From positions 7,485 through 71,484 of the IMG/VR virus record IMGVR_UViG_3300042520_001624: 64,000 bases of DNA; one strand, 5' to 3'. Under the pieces are notes generated by a model. That model was given only the letters and a program-made list of their open reading frames with translations, searched no databases and was not told the origin of the DNA. This document shows positions 1 to 9,487 of this stretch, in pieces. The stretch comes from a virus. The translations under genes and the position numbers were made by a program. Every line of letters begins with the position of its first letter. Position 1 is the first letter of the stretch.

Positions 1-1739
1 GAGACCCCAAGACGGAAGACTATCTACAGGCCATCATCCATTCTGGGGGCTTTTGGCCCGCGTGGATTCAAGCCCGCAACTACGGCGGTGCAATGGGATC
101 CGCCTGTGTGGGTTTCCGGTTTGTGCAGGGCAAGTGCACGTTTGAGGCACTAGATCCACGTTGGACCACTCCGGAGTTTACCGGGCGTGGGTACAAGGAA
201 CCCGCCAAGCTTACAGTCCAGTACACGTATTCTCGGGAAGTTAAAGACGAGAACGGTGTATACAAGGCTGTCTGGTACTGGTATCGCCGTGTCATTGATG
301 CAGACACAGACACCGTCTGGGTTCCTGTAAAGTGCAAGGACAAGGAGCCTAACTGGGAGTACATCCAGCGGAACACAGTCCGACATGGGCTAGGTTTTGT
401 TCCCTACGAGTGGATCCAGAATCTCCAGGATGACGATGACTGCGACGGAGATCCGGACTGTGCAGGGTGCTACGACCTTGTAAACGTGATCGACCAGCTC
501 TTGGCGGAGGTCTACACCGGGACCATCAAGAACTGCGATCCCACGCTAATGCTGGTCACGGATGCAGACTTCAAGGATGTGTCCAAGGGCTCGGACAATG
601 CCATTAAGCTGCCCGGGAGCAGCTCGGGTCAGTACCTTGAGCTAGCAGGAGCGGGAGCACGCATTGGTCTTGAGGTTATCAAAGACCTTGAGGACCGTGT
701 GTATCGTCTAGCGCAGTGCGTTCCCGACTCCGTTCTTTTCCAGAACTCCGGGGAGAAAACTGCCACAGAGATTGAGCGAATCTTCTCCAGCATGTTGGAG
801 AAGGCTGACTCGCTACGGGAACAGTATGGACCCGCCATTACTCGTCTCGGCGAGAAGATTCTGAAAGCCGTACGCATGTATACGGCTATTCGGGAACTGC
901 CGGATGGTCGTCTTATCCGCGGCCGGGTTGAAGTATCCCCCAAGGTTATTCAGCAACCAGACGGAGATGTCGTAGAGATTCCCCGTTCTATCGGCAAAGG
1001 AACTGTCTGCGAGATCAAGTGGCCCGCTTACTTCCGTCCCACAATGACGGATGCGGACACAGCTTCTCGTGTGCTTACTTCGCTACTAACCAGCGATCCG
1101 AAGCTACTTACGAAGACAACTGCCATTAAGTTCATGGCCCCCTTGCTGGACTACGACCCTCTTGCGGAGCTACAGGCCCTCAAGAAGGAGGAGCAGGACG
1201 CTGCTGCCGCCGAGGAAGCCGCTGAGCCGGAAGAGGGCGAGGAAGGTGCGGAGGAGGAAGAGGCTGCAGAGGACCCCACAGCTTCCACGTCCGGGAACCC
1301 GGCTTCGTGGAAGGCAGCCTTGGACTCGGGCATCGTTACGCTGAACGAGTACCGCGAGAAAGCCCTCGGTCTTGGGGCCATCCCGGACGGGGACCTTACG
1401 ATGGTTCAGTACCGGGCCAAGTACAGCCAGATCTTTGTCGCCAGCACTGCCGCTCAGTCTGAAAAGATGGTCGACATGGTTAACGGCAAGTTCGAGCAGG
1501 AGCAGACAGACAAGGTCCAAGACCGGGAGGAGAAGATGGCTCAGGCAGAGCAGGCCGCTGCAGAGCGTGCAGAGGCTCTCAAGGCCGCTGCAGAGCAGCC
1601 CGAAGCAGTTGGTACTTCTCCGTCCGTTGGGCAGCCAGAACAGCTCCCAGGGCGTCGTAGCAATGCTCCTGTAGCCCCTCAGTCCGGATCTGTGCAGCCA
1701 CAACCTGCTTCACCCACGCCGAAGAAGGAACAAGATTGA
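1..1739 (+). CDS. Portal protein (SPP1 gp6-like), 5'-truncated by the window
   Basis: The frame is open from position 3 with no stop before the ATG at 93. Contains HGLGFVPYEWIQN and KWPAYF-type portal motifs and an acidic C-terminal tail. It is the first gene of the head module. Confidence 0.75.
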   Translation, partial: DPKTEDYLQAIIHSGGFWPAWIQARNYGGAMGSACVGFRFVQGKCTFEALDPRWTTPEFTGRGYKEPAKLTVQYTYSREVKDENGVYKAVWYWYRRVIDADTDTVWVPVKCKDKEPNWEYIQRNTVRHGLGFVPYEWIQNLQDDDDCDGDPDCAGCYDLVNVIDQLLAEVYTGTIKNCDPTLMLVTDADFKDVSKGSDNAIKLPGSSSGQYLELAGAGARIGLEVIKDLEDRVYRLAQCVPDSVLFQNSGEKTATEIERIFSSMLEKADSLREQYGPAITRLGEKILKAVRMYTAIRELPDGRLIRGRVEVSPKVIQQPDGDVVEIPRSIGKGTVCEIKWPAYFRPTMTDADTASRVLTSLLTSDPKLLTKTTAIKFMAPLLDYDPLAELQALKKEEQDAAAAEEAAEPEEGEEGAEEEEAAEDPTASTSGNPASWKAALDSGIVTLNEYREKALGLGAIPDGDLTMVQYRAKYSQIFVASTAAQSEKMVDMVNGKFEQEQTDKVQDREEKMAQAEQAAAERAEALKAAAEQPEAVGTSPSVGQPEQLPGRRSNAPVAPQSGSVQPQPASPTPKKEQD

Positions 1740-2142
1740 GGACACCCTTCTGAACCTCTTGCTTGCTGGCCGACCGAGACCCGGTGGCCAGCAGCTTGAT
1801 GTCCTGCGGACTGACCTCGATCAGGGGGATACCTTCTAGCAGGGGGGCGATTGCTCCCCAGGCTAGTGCCATCTTCAAAGCGCTAGAGGCGTTACGGGGC
1901 CAAGACTGGGACTCTACGACCACTACGTCTGGCTTGGCTTCGGACAGAAACTCGTGTAGTTCTCGATAGATTTTCTGGGACCTACGAACGTTGTCTACGG
2001 TGGCGCTGACTTTCTCTGAGGTAGCGTTCTTCTCTGTTTCAATGACAAAACAGGAAGTGAGCAGGGCAGAGTTGTCTTCTCCAATGGCCACAGACACAAC
2101 GCCAGTAGACCGAAACGAGATGTCCAAACCAACAACGTGCAT
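1579..2142 (-). CDS. ruvC: RuvC-like Holliday junction resolvase
   Basis: Motifs VVGLDISFRSTG, VVVVE, ASKQEV and HCYDAL match the RuvC catalytic D/E/D pattern. GGAG RBS precedes the ATG at 2142. Confidence 0.8.
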   Translation of the reverse strand: MHVVGLDISFRSTGVVSVAIGEDNSALLTSCFVIETEKNATSEKVSATVDNVRRSQKIYRELHEFLSEAKPDVVVVESQSWPRNASSALKMALAWGAIAPLLEGIPLIEVSPQDIKLLATGSRSASKQEVQKGVLNLVPSSAWVKQVVAAQIRTEGLQEHCYDALGAVLAAQRTEKYQLLRAALQRP

Positions 2143-2182
2143 AGTAACTCCTTGCTTCCAGAAGTAGCGTACAGTAGAACAA

Positions 2183-2593
2183 ATGTCCAGTATGAGCAGC
2201 ACCCGACTGATTCTGAACGGTCGTGTCTATACCTACGGGGACAGGGAAGTTCCGTACTCTACGGAGCAGCTAGAAGCACCTCTAGGGTACATCAATCCTC
2301 CCCAGAACGACTACGTAGATGGTCCTTGGAAACTCCGCTACCGTCTTATGGATAAGGCTAATCCCCCGCAAGACTGGCTGACAATGCCGGAAATGCTGGA
2401 GTTGACTCGGCAGCAAGAAACCTGGATAGCAATGAAGGTAGTCGAGGGCGCCGTGGACGCTGCCATGGTACGGGGCTCGGGTATTCCCCTGTTTCGTATC
2501 CGGAACAGGACAGAGATTGTGCATGCGCTGATTACAACCCCAGCAGCAACTGGGGTTAAAAAGGTCGAGAACAAGAACAGGTGGGACAAGTGA
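2183..2593 (+). CDS. Hypothetical protein
   Basis: 136-aa ORF coupled to the next gene by a GTGA overlap. Confidence 0.55.
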   Translation: MSSMSSTRLILNGRVYTYGDREVPYSTEQLEAPLGYINPPQNDYVDGPWKLRYRLMDKANPPQDWLTMPEMLELTRQQETWIAMKVVEGAVDAAMVRGSGIPLFRIRNRTEIVHALITTPAATGVKKVENKNRWDK

Positions 2594-2979
2594 GCAAGGG
2601 AAAGACCATTCACCGCAAGCAGTTCATGGGCGGGCGGGTTACTCCGCAGGAACTGCATTCAGCATTGGCGTTTCCTGTCGGGGCCAAGTGCGTAGGTTGT
2701 GGGGGACCTCCTCTTACAACTATCCGCACGTTTGCGGAGGAAGCAGAGATGCTTAAGCGGGATCCCCGTCTGAAGATTTTGTGCATGGCGGATCCGGACA
2801 AGTACATGTCTATGCGGCTTGTCACAAAGATGGGTCCGTACCTGCGACTAGCAGAGGTCTATGCCTGCGCTCGTTGTACTCCCGAGGCAGAGCGGGCAGC
2901 TGCCAAGCATCCTAGTTGGACATTTGTTGATATTAACAGAGGTCCAGAAGCCCTAAAGCTCGTTATTGGTCCTACGTAA
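2590..2979 (+). CDS. Hypothetical zinc-binding protein
   Basis: Two CxxC pairs (CVGC, CARC). Confidence 0.55.
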   Translation: MSKGKTIHRKQFMGGRVTPQELHSALAFPVGAKCVGCGGPPLTTIRTFAEEAEMLKRDPRLKILCMADPDKYMSMRLVTKMGPYLRLAEVYACARCTPEAERAAAKHPSWTFVDINRGPEALKLVIGPT

Positions 2980-3000
2980 TTCGTGGTAGTCTAGAGGACT

Positions 3001-4212
3001 ATGGCCTCTCCTTCTCAACACTTTGGAGCTTTGCGTGACGCAACTGCGGTAAGACAGGCTCCTCCAAAAACTCGGCGTGCTCGCAGGGAAGCAAAAGGGC
3101 TAGATTTTGGCCACTTCAAGCCGCATTCTGCGACAGACTCGGGACAATTTCGACCGCACGCAGCTACAGAGGGGGACTCTGGCCACTTTGGGGCTTTGAA
3201 GAATCCTACCCAACGCACAGAACACAACGACGGTGTCAGTGTGGACGGTGCGGCTTTTCGCAATGCAAAGCGTGCAATTGCGGATCGTGTACAAGGGGGG
3301 CTTCGGCGCGCTACAGGACAAGCAGGCGCGTGGGCACGGGACACTATAGATCAGTACAAATCTGTGCACTCCAGCAGCGGATCTGTTGCAGACTGGGCAA
3401 ACGCAGATTCTACAAAGGCCAATGCCCGGTTTGCCTTGGGGTCTGCGTTTAACCAGCATCTGAAAGACAAGATGGGCAACGCTAACAAACGTGGGGGTCT
3501 AATCTCCCGCACTTTGTGGACGTTTGCGCACACTGCATTTCAGAGCACGATGAGAAACCTAAAAGAGGACCAGCGCACATTTGAGCATGTTGCGCGTGTC
3601 CGACGTGGCGATCCCAACATCAAAGACCTCACGCACAATGAGCTGCGTGCAGTTCTGGCGCACGCCGACAAGTTTGGCGGAAAAGACAAAGAGCGCGTAA
3701 AGGCAATGGCAGACGGGGAGCTTGCGCGCCGCTGGGACGTAAAAGCTACGGAGCACGCCGGGTACGATGCTGCCCGTCGAAACAAGCTAGACGCCTCTCG
3801 TGCGGGTGCCGTGCAGGCAAAAGCTGCCGAGAAGGAAATGCGCGGACAAGCTCGCGCCGCAGAAAGCGCGCATAAGCAGGAGCGGTACCACCAAGACCAG
3901 ATCCGTCGCAATGAGGAACTGCACAAACAAAAGCTCAAGCACCAGACCGAGCTTCGGCAGGTTGCTGGGGTCGGTGCAGGCGCCAAGGCTGCTACCGACG
4001 TTGCTGTAAAGCAGGCGGGTGCTCGTAAAGCCGCTAAAGACAAGCCTACAAAGACAAAAGAAGCGTTGCAGGTTGTAGGCAAAACCAAAAAAGGCAATGC
4101 AATTGTAAAGACAAAGACGGGCACGACTCGTGTAGCAACACAAGCTGAAGTTACAAAGAGTCGTGGAGCTCGAACTAAGAGCGTCACTCCTACACGTCGC
4201 ACACGGCGGTAA
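3001..4212 (+). CDS. Basic Ala/Lys/Arg-rich protein, probable virion internal protein
   Basis: 403 aa with GAGG RBS. Short G[H/Q]F repeats at the N-terminus, coiled-coil-like middle and very basic C-terminus. Function inferred from position only. Confidence 0.55.
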   Translation: MASPSQHFGALRDATAVRQAPPKTRRARREAKGLDFGHFKPHSATDSGQFRPHAATEGDSGHFGALKNPTQRTEHNDGVSVDGAAFRNAKRAIADRVQGGLRRATGQAGAWARDTIDQYKSVHSSSGSVADWANADSTKANARFALGSAFNQHLKDKMGNANKRGGLISRTLWTFAHTAFQSTMRNLKEDQRTFEHVARVRRGDPNIKDLTHNELRAVLAHADKFGGKDKERVKAMADGELARRWDVKATEHAGYDAARRNKLDASRAGAVQAKAAEKEMRGQARAAESAHKQERYHQDQIRRNEELHKQKLKHQTELRQVAGVGAGAKAATDVAVKQAGARKAAKDKPTKTKEALQVVGKTKKGNAIVKTKTGTTRVATQAEVTKSRGARTKSVTPTRRTRR

Positions 4213-4213
4213 C

Positions 4214-5131
4214 ATGCGAGAAGCAGATGGCCTTCTTCTGAATTACGGCGGCAAGTCGCGCATAGCGCACAAGCTTGTCCAGCACTTTCCGAAGGGGCCA
4301 AACTGCTATGTTGAGCCTTTTTTTGGAGGCGGAGGTGTCTTCTTCTCCGTGCCCGAGCAGCTGTATCCAGTTCAGGTAATCAACGATCTGAACAAGTCTG
4401 TTGTTACTTTCTACCGGGTACTCAGGGACCGCACAGAGGACCTGCTGCGGGTATGCTCCCTAACTCCGTTTGCTTTGGACGAGCAGCGAGCTTGTCGGGA
4501 CAGTTCTAAAGATCCCGAAGACGAGCTTGAAGTTGCTCGACGTGTCTGGGTCCGGCAGCGTCAGAACTTTGGGGGACGGCAGCACCCGTCTGCGGGTTGG
4601 CGCAGGGGTACCGAGGTACAGTCTTGTGCCTCTGCTACTGCCGCAAAGCTTCCGGAGTTTGAGCGCTTCGCGCAGAGAATGCTGTCTGTAGAGATCAACA
4701 ATACAGACGCTCTAGAGTTGGTACAAACCTACTCTAAACCAAACGTGTTCATCTACGCGGACCCTCCTTACTACCCAGAGACGCGGACGACTAACAACGA
4801 TTATGAACATGAGATGTCTCCGGAGCAGCACTTGCGGCTATCGGAACTGCTACATGCAGCTTCGGACAACGGGGCTCTGGTAGCTATCTCCGGCTACGAC
4901 TGTCCGTTCTACAACGAGCAGTATGGGTCTTGGCGAAGGGTTGAGTACCAGCACTACGTGTCCTCTACGAACTTTGTTTCGGCGGAGGAACGTACTAGAA
5001 CCGAGTGCATGTGGGTGAATTACCCTGTAAGTCTGGAGATTGGACCTGCTTGGCAGCCTAATTTGAAGGCTACAAACAGTAAAGAGAAGGCACTGCTAAG
5101 GCTGATCAACAGCCGTAGAGGTCTAAAGTGA
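4214..5131 (+). CDS. dam: DNA adenine methyltransferase (Dam/D12 class)
   Basis: Motifs YGGKSR, YVEPFFGGG, INDLN and catalytic DPPY. Confidence 0.9.
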   Translation: MREADGLLLNYGGKSRIAHKLVQHFPKGPNCYVEPFFGGGGVFFSVPEQLYPVQVINDLNKSVVTFYRVLRDRTEDLLRVCSLTPFALDEQRACRDSSKDPEDELEVARRVWVRQRQNFGGRQHPSAGWRRGTEVQSCASATAAKLPEFERFAQRMLSVEINNTDALELVQTYSKPNVFIYADPPYYPETRTTNNDYEHEMSPEQHLRLSELLHAASDNGALVAISGYDCPFYNEQYGSWRRVEYQHYVSSTNFVSAEERTRTECMWVNYPVSLEIGPAWQPNLKATNSKEKALLRLINSRRGLK

Positions 5132-5394
5132 AGCTTTTCCGAAAGACAGATGGCTATACGGAGGTTGCTGCAGTTCCGCAGGGGGATCTTGTGGAGCTGT
5201 TTGTTACGTATCCTGGGGAGTCCCAAGATGTTTTGCATGCCCATTTCTCCGCTAAAATAGCTTGGAGACTAGGCATTTGGCTGCTCTGGTACTGGATTCG
5301 AGACAGGATGTTTGGGACAAAACAGATGTTGGCAACCCAGTCGCAGAAGCGTCGACTGTTTGCAGGCGCTGAGGTAGAGACAAACGCAGACTAG
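5128..5394 (+). CDS. Hypothetical protein
   Basis: 88-aa ORF with a GTGA overlap on dam. Confidence 0.5.
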   Translation: MKLFRKTDGYTEVAAVPQGDLVELFVTYPGESQDVLHAHFSAKIAWRLGIWLLWYWIRDRMFGTKQMLATQSQKRRLFAGAEVETNAD

Positions 5395-5438
5395 TTGCTA
5401 TCTAAACTCTGCGTTGTATGATTTACGCAGAGGTAATA

Positions 5439-6065
5439 ATGGCTAGCAGCCGCGCGGGACTCAAAAAGATTACGAAGAGCGTTCGGGGCAAGAAAGGGTC
5501 TGTCCGGCGTTCTTATTGGGTAAAAGCGCAAGAAGCAGCCAAGGGTGCTGGGCGTTTTCTTAACCGGCACAAAGGTAAGATTGCGGCGGGGGCGGCTCTT
5601 GCCGGAACGGCTGCACTTGCTATCCACAACCGAGGTGCTGTTAAGGGGGCCTACCATGGAGCGCGCATTGCTCACCGAGCATCTGGAGCGGTCTCGCATG
5701 GTATGAAGACTGTAACCGGCAGTGGCATGTCTCTGCGTAACCGATTCAACATTATCCGCACGGGAGCCATTGGGGGCGCAAAACTTGGTGGGGCCGCCGA
5801 CTACCTTCGGCATAATCCAGGCGTTGCACGGGGGGCGCGGCTTGCGGGCAGGACTGCGGTAGCCGCTGGAACTGTTTACGCGGCCAGACACAATCCTGCT
5901 GCCGTGAAAATGGCTGTTTTGGACGGTATCAACACGGTCCGCGACGGCGTGTCTATGTCTAGACAGACTGGAAACATTCGATGGTTAGGACGCTCTATTG
6001 GTGGCGCGCTGCGGTATGGCACCGCGGGTGGGCACCTGCGTAAGCTGGGCAGTGTGCTGCAGTAA
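5439..6065 (+). CDS. YWVK-tag family protein 1 (basic, Gly/Ala-rich)
   Basis: N-terminus RAGLKKITKSVRGKKGSVRRSYWVKA, GAGG RBS. Confidence 0.75.
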   Translation: MASSRAGLKKITKSVRGKKGSVRRSYWVKAQEAAKGAGRFLNRHKGKIAAGAALAGTAALAIHNRGAVKGAYHGARIAHRASGAVSHGMKTVTGSGMSLRNRFNIIRTGAIGGAKLGGAADYLRHNPGVARGARLAGRTAVAAGTVYAARHNPAAVKMAVLDGINTVRDGVSMSRQTGNIRWLGRSIGGALRYGTAGGHLRKLGSVLQ

Positions 6066-6119
6066 ACACAACTTGCAGTTTGTAGCAACAGGCGTAGCAT
6101 AATCGAAAGAGGTAACAAG

Positions 6120-6875
6120 ATGGCTGGTAGCCGTGCAGGTCTCAAGAAGGTAACCAAGGTCGTTCGGGGCAAGCGGGGTTCCGTAAAGCGGACTTACTGG
6201 GTAAAGGCCCAGCAGGCTGCTAAGGGCGTTGGTGGCTTTCTGAAGCGCCACAAGGGCAAGATCGCAGCGGGTGTGGCCTTGGCCGCAGGCGCCGCACTTG
6301 CACACCGTCACCGTGGTGCCATCAAGGGTGCATACCACGGCGCCAAGATTGCCAACAGTGCCGCGGGCGGCGTAAGCCGGGGCATGTCGGCGGTTACAGG
6401 CAAGGGTCTTGGTCTTCGTAATCGGATCAAGGCCATTGCAACGGGCGCACGCGTCGGTGCCGCAGTTGGCGGGGCTGGGGACAGTGGTCGCCGCGCAATG
6501 AGTGCTGGCCGCTCAATGCTGGACAAGGCACGCAGTCTTCCCTCCGCTGCTCGCGGAGCTGTTGCTGGCGCCAAGTTTGGTGGTCGTGCTGCAGCGGGTG
6601 CGGGTCGCGCAGGCGCCGCTGCAATGGGCGCGGTCGGTCGCGCAACAGTGAGTGGCACCAAGGCGGCTGCACGTCATCTTGGTGCAGGTACTGCGGGTCG
6701 CGTAGCTCGTGCGGGTCTGGGCGCCATGGGCGCCGTTGCACGGGGGACCGTCGGCGCAGTCAAGGGCATCGCACGGGCCACTCCGACGCTGGCAAAGACT
6801 GGTGCAATGATCGGATACCACGGCAACCGCGCTCGTCTGGCGGCGGGTCGTGCGTTCGGTCGCAAGAGCAGCTAA
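6120..6875 (+). CDS. YWVK-tag family protein 2
   Basis: N-terminus RAGLKKVTKVVRGKRGSVKRTYWVKA; clear paralog of the 5439 ORF. Confidence 0.8.
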   Translation: MAGSRAGLKKVTKVVRGKRGSVKRTYWVKAQQAAKGVGGFLKRHKGKIAAGVALAAGAALAHRHRGAIKGAYHGAKIANSAAGGVSRGMSAVTGKGLGLRNRIKAIATGARVGAAVGGAGDSGRRAMSAGRSMLDKARSLPSAARGAVAGAKFGGRAAAGAGRAGAAAMGAVGRATVSGTKAAARHLGAGTAGRVARAGLGAMGAVARGTVGAVKGIARATPTLAKTGAMIGYHGNRARLAAGRAFGRKSS

Positions 6876-6885
6876 GGAGCGCTAA

Positions 6886-7350
6886 ATGCGGGCAGGGCTA
6901 AAGAAAGTCGTCAAGACCGTACGCGGTAAACGTGGAACGGTCCGACGCTCCTACTATGTGAAGGCTAACGAGGCTCCTAAAAAGCAGGGGTTTCTTAGCC
7001 GACACAAGGGCAAGATTGCGGCGGGAGCCCTTGCTCTAGGGGCTGCTGCCCTCGCCTCTCGGCACCGTCTTGCTCTTCGCGGGGCGTACCACGGAGCTAG
7101 AGCCGCGCACGTCGAGAACAAAGCAATCCACAGCAACATGCAGCGTTTTGGCAAAGGCATGAGTCTTATGACTCGGGCTAAGCACATGCTGGGTGGTGCT
7201 CGTGTCGGTGCTCAGGTCGGCAACGAGCTACGTCCGCAGAAGAGTGGAGGCTGGCGACGTCTGCGAAGCGCCGGACAGGCAGTTGCTGCAGGACGTAACG
7301 TGAGCTCGTATCTTGCTGCGTCTAACGCGCTTAGCGGCTATCGCGACTGA
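6886..7350 (+). CDS. YWVK-tag family protein 3
   Basis: N-terminus RAGLKKVVKTVRGKRGTVRRSYYVKA, AGGAG RBS. Confidence 0.8.
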   Translation: MRAGLKKVVKTVRGKRGTVRRSYYVKANEAPKKQGFLSRHKGKIAAGALALGAAALASRHRLALRGAYHGARAAHVENKAIHSNMQRFGKGMSLMTRAKHMLGGARVGAQVGNELRPQKSGGWRRLRSAGQAVAAGRNVSSYLAASNALSGYRD

Positions 7351-7395
7351 TCTGCGGGCATACAAACTCTGCAGGTTGTAGACTGTGGGGAGAAT

Positions 7396-7956
7396 ATGTC
7401 CCGTAGCAATCTCAAAAGAATCCAGAAAGTTGTGCGGACGAAGCGCGGAAGCGCTCGCCGCACCTTTTGGGTGAAAGCGGATGAAGCTCCCAAACCCGAA
7501 GTACGGCAAAGTTTCCTGCGCAGACACGCAGGCAAGATTGCTGTAGGCACAGCAGCTTTGGTCGGTGCTACGGTCTTCGCCAAGCACCGACACGGAGCCG
7601 TTGCTGCCGCGGAAGGCGCACACGCAGCCTACAAAGGCGCTCGCATCGCTGATCACGCTTCACACTTGCTAACAGGTCGCGGCATCGGTGTAGGTAACCA
7701 CTACCGAGCTGTAAAGGCTGGAGCATCCTTGGGGTACGCTGCGGGTTCCATTGCAGACCAAGGAAGGCGAAAAGTCTATAACATGCTTGGGATCTCTCCG
7801 ACCCTAATGAATCTGGGTTACGGAGTGGCCGCTCTTAGTGTAGTGGGCATTAAAGGATACCGAACTGCCCAGCGCATTATTCAGCATGTAGACAGGGCAA
7901 AAGGCGTGCACCGTCGTATCGCTCGCGAAGTGAGTGGGGTGACACGTGCGCGGTAA
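7396..7956 (+). CDS. YWVK-tag family protein 4
   Basis: N-terminus RSNLKRIQKVVRTKRGSARRTFWVKA. Confidence 0.8.
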   Translation: MSRSNLKRIQKVVRTKRGSARRTFWVKADEAPKPEVRQSFLRRHAGKIAVGTAALVGATVFAKHRHGAVAAAEGAHAAYKGARIADHASHLLTGRGIGVGNHYRAVKAGASLGYAAGSIADQGRRKVYNMLGISPTLMNLGYGVAALSVVGIKGYRTAQRIIQHVDRAKGVHRRIAREVSGVTRAR

Positions 7957-8647
7957 TCTCAAGAAGGTAATCAAGACCGTTCGCGGCAAAAGAGGTTCTG
8001 TAAAGCGGACTTACTGGGTGAAGTCCCAGGAAGCTCCCCAAAAGCAGGGATTTCTACGTCGACATGCGGGCAAGTTGCTAGCGGGCGCCGCAATTGCAGG
8101 TCTGGCTATTGCTAACCGCCACAAGCTTTCTGGAGCAGCAAGAGGTGCTCAGATGGCTCTGAACGCTCACAAGCACTCTGGTACACAGCTCAGTACGTCC
8201 GAGCGTGCAAAAGACGCTTTCCGCATGGCAAAAGTTGGTTACGCTTCTAACCGCGGCATGGACCGAGTAGACGGTCTTATGTCGCGGGCTAGAATCCAGG
8301 CGCCATTGGCCAGAGACGCCGCACAGCGCGGTCTTGCTAAGACACGAGCAGGCGCGCAGCGAGCTATGCGTAACCTCCCGGAGAAGGCAACAGCGTGGCG
8401 TCGGGGCACAGGGGCGGATCTTGCTCATCACCTAGCCACTACCGGGGGGGACGCGGCAGCTAGCCACTTTGGGTCTAGGTTTGGACAAGTTGCAGGCACC
8501 GCCCTTGGCGCGCTTGCTGGAGGCCCCGCAGGCATGGCAATTGGCGGGTTCATTGGCGGACAGGCAGGAGGCTTTTTGGGGAGTCGGCATGCAGCTCCTC
8601 ACGTTGCCCGAGGCGCAGAGTGGCTCGCCAACCGACTGCGTAGGTGA
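7946..8647 (+). CDS. YWVK-tag family protein 5 with glycine-zipper-like C-terminus
   Basis: N-terminus RGNLKKVIKTVRGKRGSVKRTYWVKS; GTALGALAGGPAGMAIGGFIGG segment near the C-terminus. Confidence 0.8.
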   Translation: MRGNLKKVIKTVRGKRGSVKRTYWVKSQEAPQKQGFLRRHAGKLLAGAAIAGLAIANRHKLSGAARGAQMALNAHKHSGTQLSTSERAKDAFRMAKVGYASNRGMDRVDGLMSRARIQAPLARDAAQRGLAKTRAGAQRAMRNLPEKATAWRRGTGADLAHHLATTGGDAAASHFGSRFGQVAGTALGALAGGPAGMAIGGFIGGQAGGFLGSRHAAPHVARGAEWLANRLRR

Positions 8648-9487
8648 TTGGTGTCTCTGCAGCGCCGAACACTGGTTGTACGCGGCAAACACGGCAGCCA
8701 CAAACAGACTTTTTGGGTAGCCAATGAGCTCCCCAAGGAGCAACGCACTCTGCGATTTGCCGAAGGGGAACGAACAAAGCCGAAAAACTCTGTAGTAAAT
8801 CCGAAAGACGGAGTAACTGTTCAGTACGGCATGCTCTTTGCACGAAAGGCAAACGAAGGTGTCGACCATGCGCTTGCTGCAATCGGCAAAGTACATGGAG
8901 TTCCTAAAGACTTGTACAAACTTCCTGTACAGGTGAAAGGAAGTCTGGGCGGGGCTAACGGTGCGTACTCTGTCTGGAGCCCAATTGGACCGAACAGCAA
9001 GCTTATGGTCTCCAAGTGGGCAGAAGGCCCTGCGGCTACTGTTGCCCATGAGTACGGACACTTTCTGGACCACCAACTGTTTGGAACGGGGAAACCTACA
9101 CTACAGGCGATGGCAACTATAAAGTGGGCTCAGCGAGAGCCCGGAGGGCGAGAAGTCGCTCCCGTTATGCGAGCTATCTGCAGCAGCAAAGCCGTGCACA
9201 GCTTGGTACTCGCGCACGAAAAGAACGTAAAGAACAACGATGGGTATGGCCAAAGACTGAGCAACTACTTGCTCATGCCCCCGGAGATGTTTGCCCGAGC
9301 CTACAACCAGTACATCGGACTCCGTAGTTCCCCGCAAATCGCGGCAGAGACACGTGAGTTTGGAAGAAGCTGGGGCAGGCACGGATACGACGCGCAATGG
9401 AATGATGCAGACTTCGCTCCTATTGCTCGTGAGTTTGATAGACTGTTCCAACGTCGGGGTCTTCTACGTCGCAGGAGTGCAGAATGA
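8648..9487 (+). CDS. YWVK-tag family protein 6 with zincin metallopeptidase / LPD1-like domain
   Basis: Degenerate tag LQRRTLVVRGKHGSHKQTFWV; HEYGHFLD (HExxH) followed by EMFARAYNQY. Confidence 0.7.
   Translation: MVSLQRRTLVVRGKHGSHKQTFWVANELPKEQRTLRFAEGERTKPKNSVVNPKDGVTVQYGMLFARKANEGVDHALAAIGKVHGVPKDLYKLPVQVKGSLGGANGAYSVWSPIGPNSKLMVSKWAEGPAATVAHEYGHFLDHQLFGTGKPTLQAMATIKWAQREPGGREVAPVMRAICSSKAVHSLVLAHEKNVKNNDGYGQRLSNYLLMPPEMFARAYNQYIGLRSSPQIAAETREFGRSWGRHGYDAQWNDADFAPIAREFDRLFQRRGLLRRRSAE

Noticed and set aside
3540-4301. Long antisense ORFs (e.g. 3540..4301, 13021..13968, 54066..54965, 56328..57101)
   Set aside because: Shadow frames of well-supported genes on the opposite strand, with no recognisable motifs.
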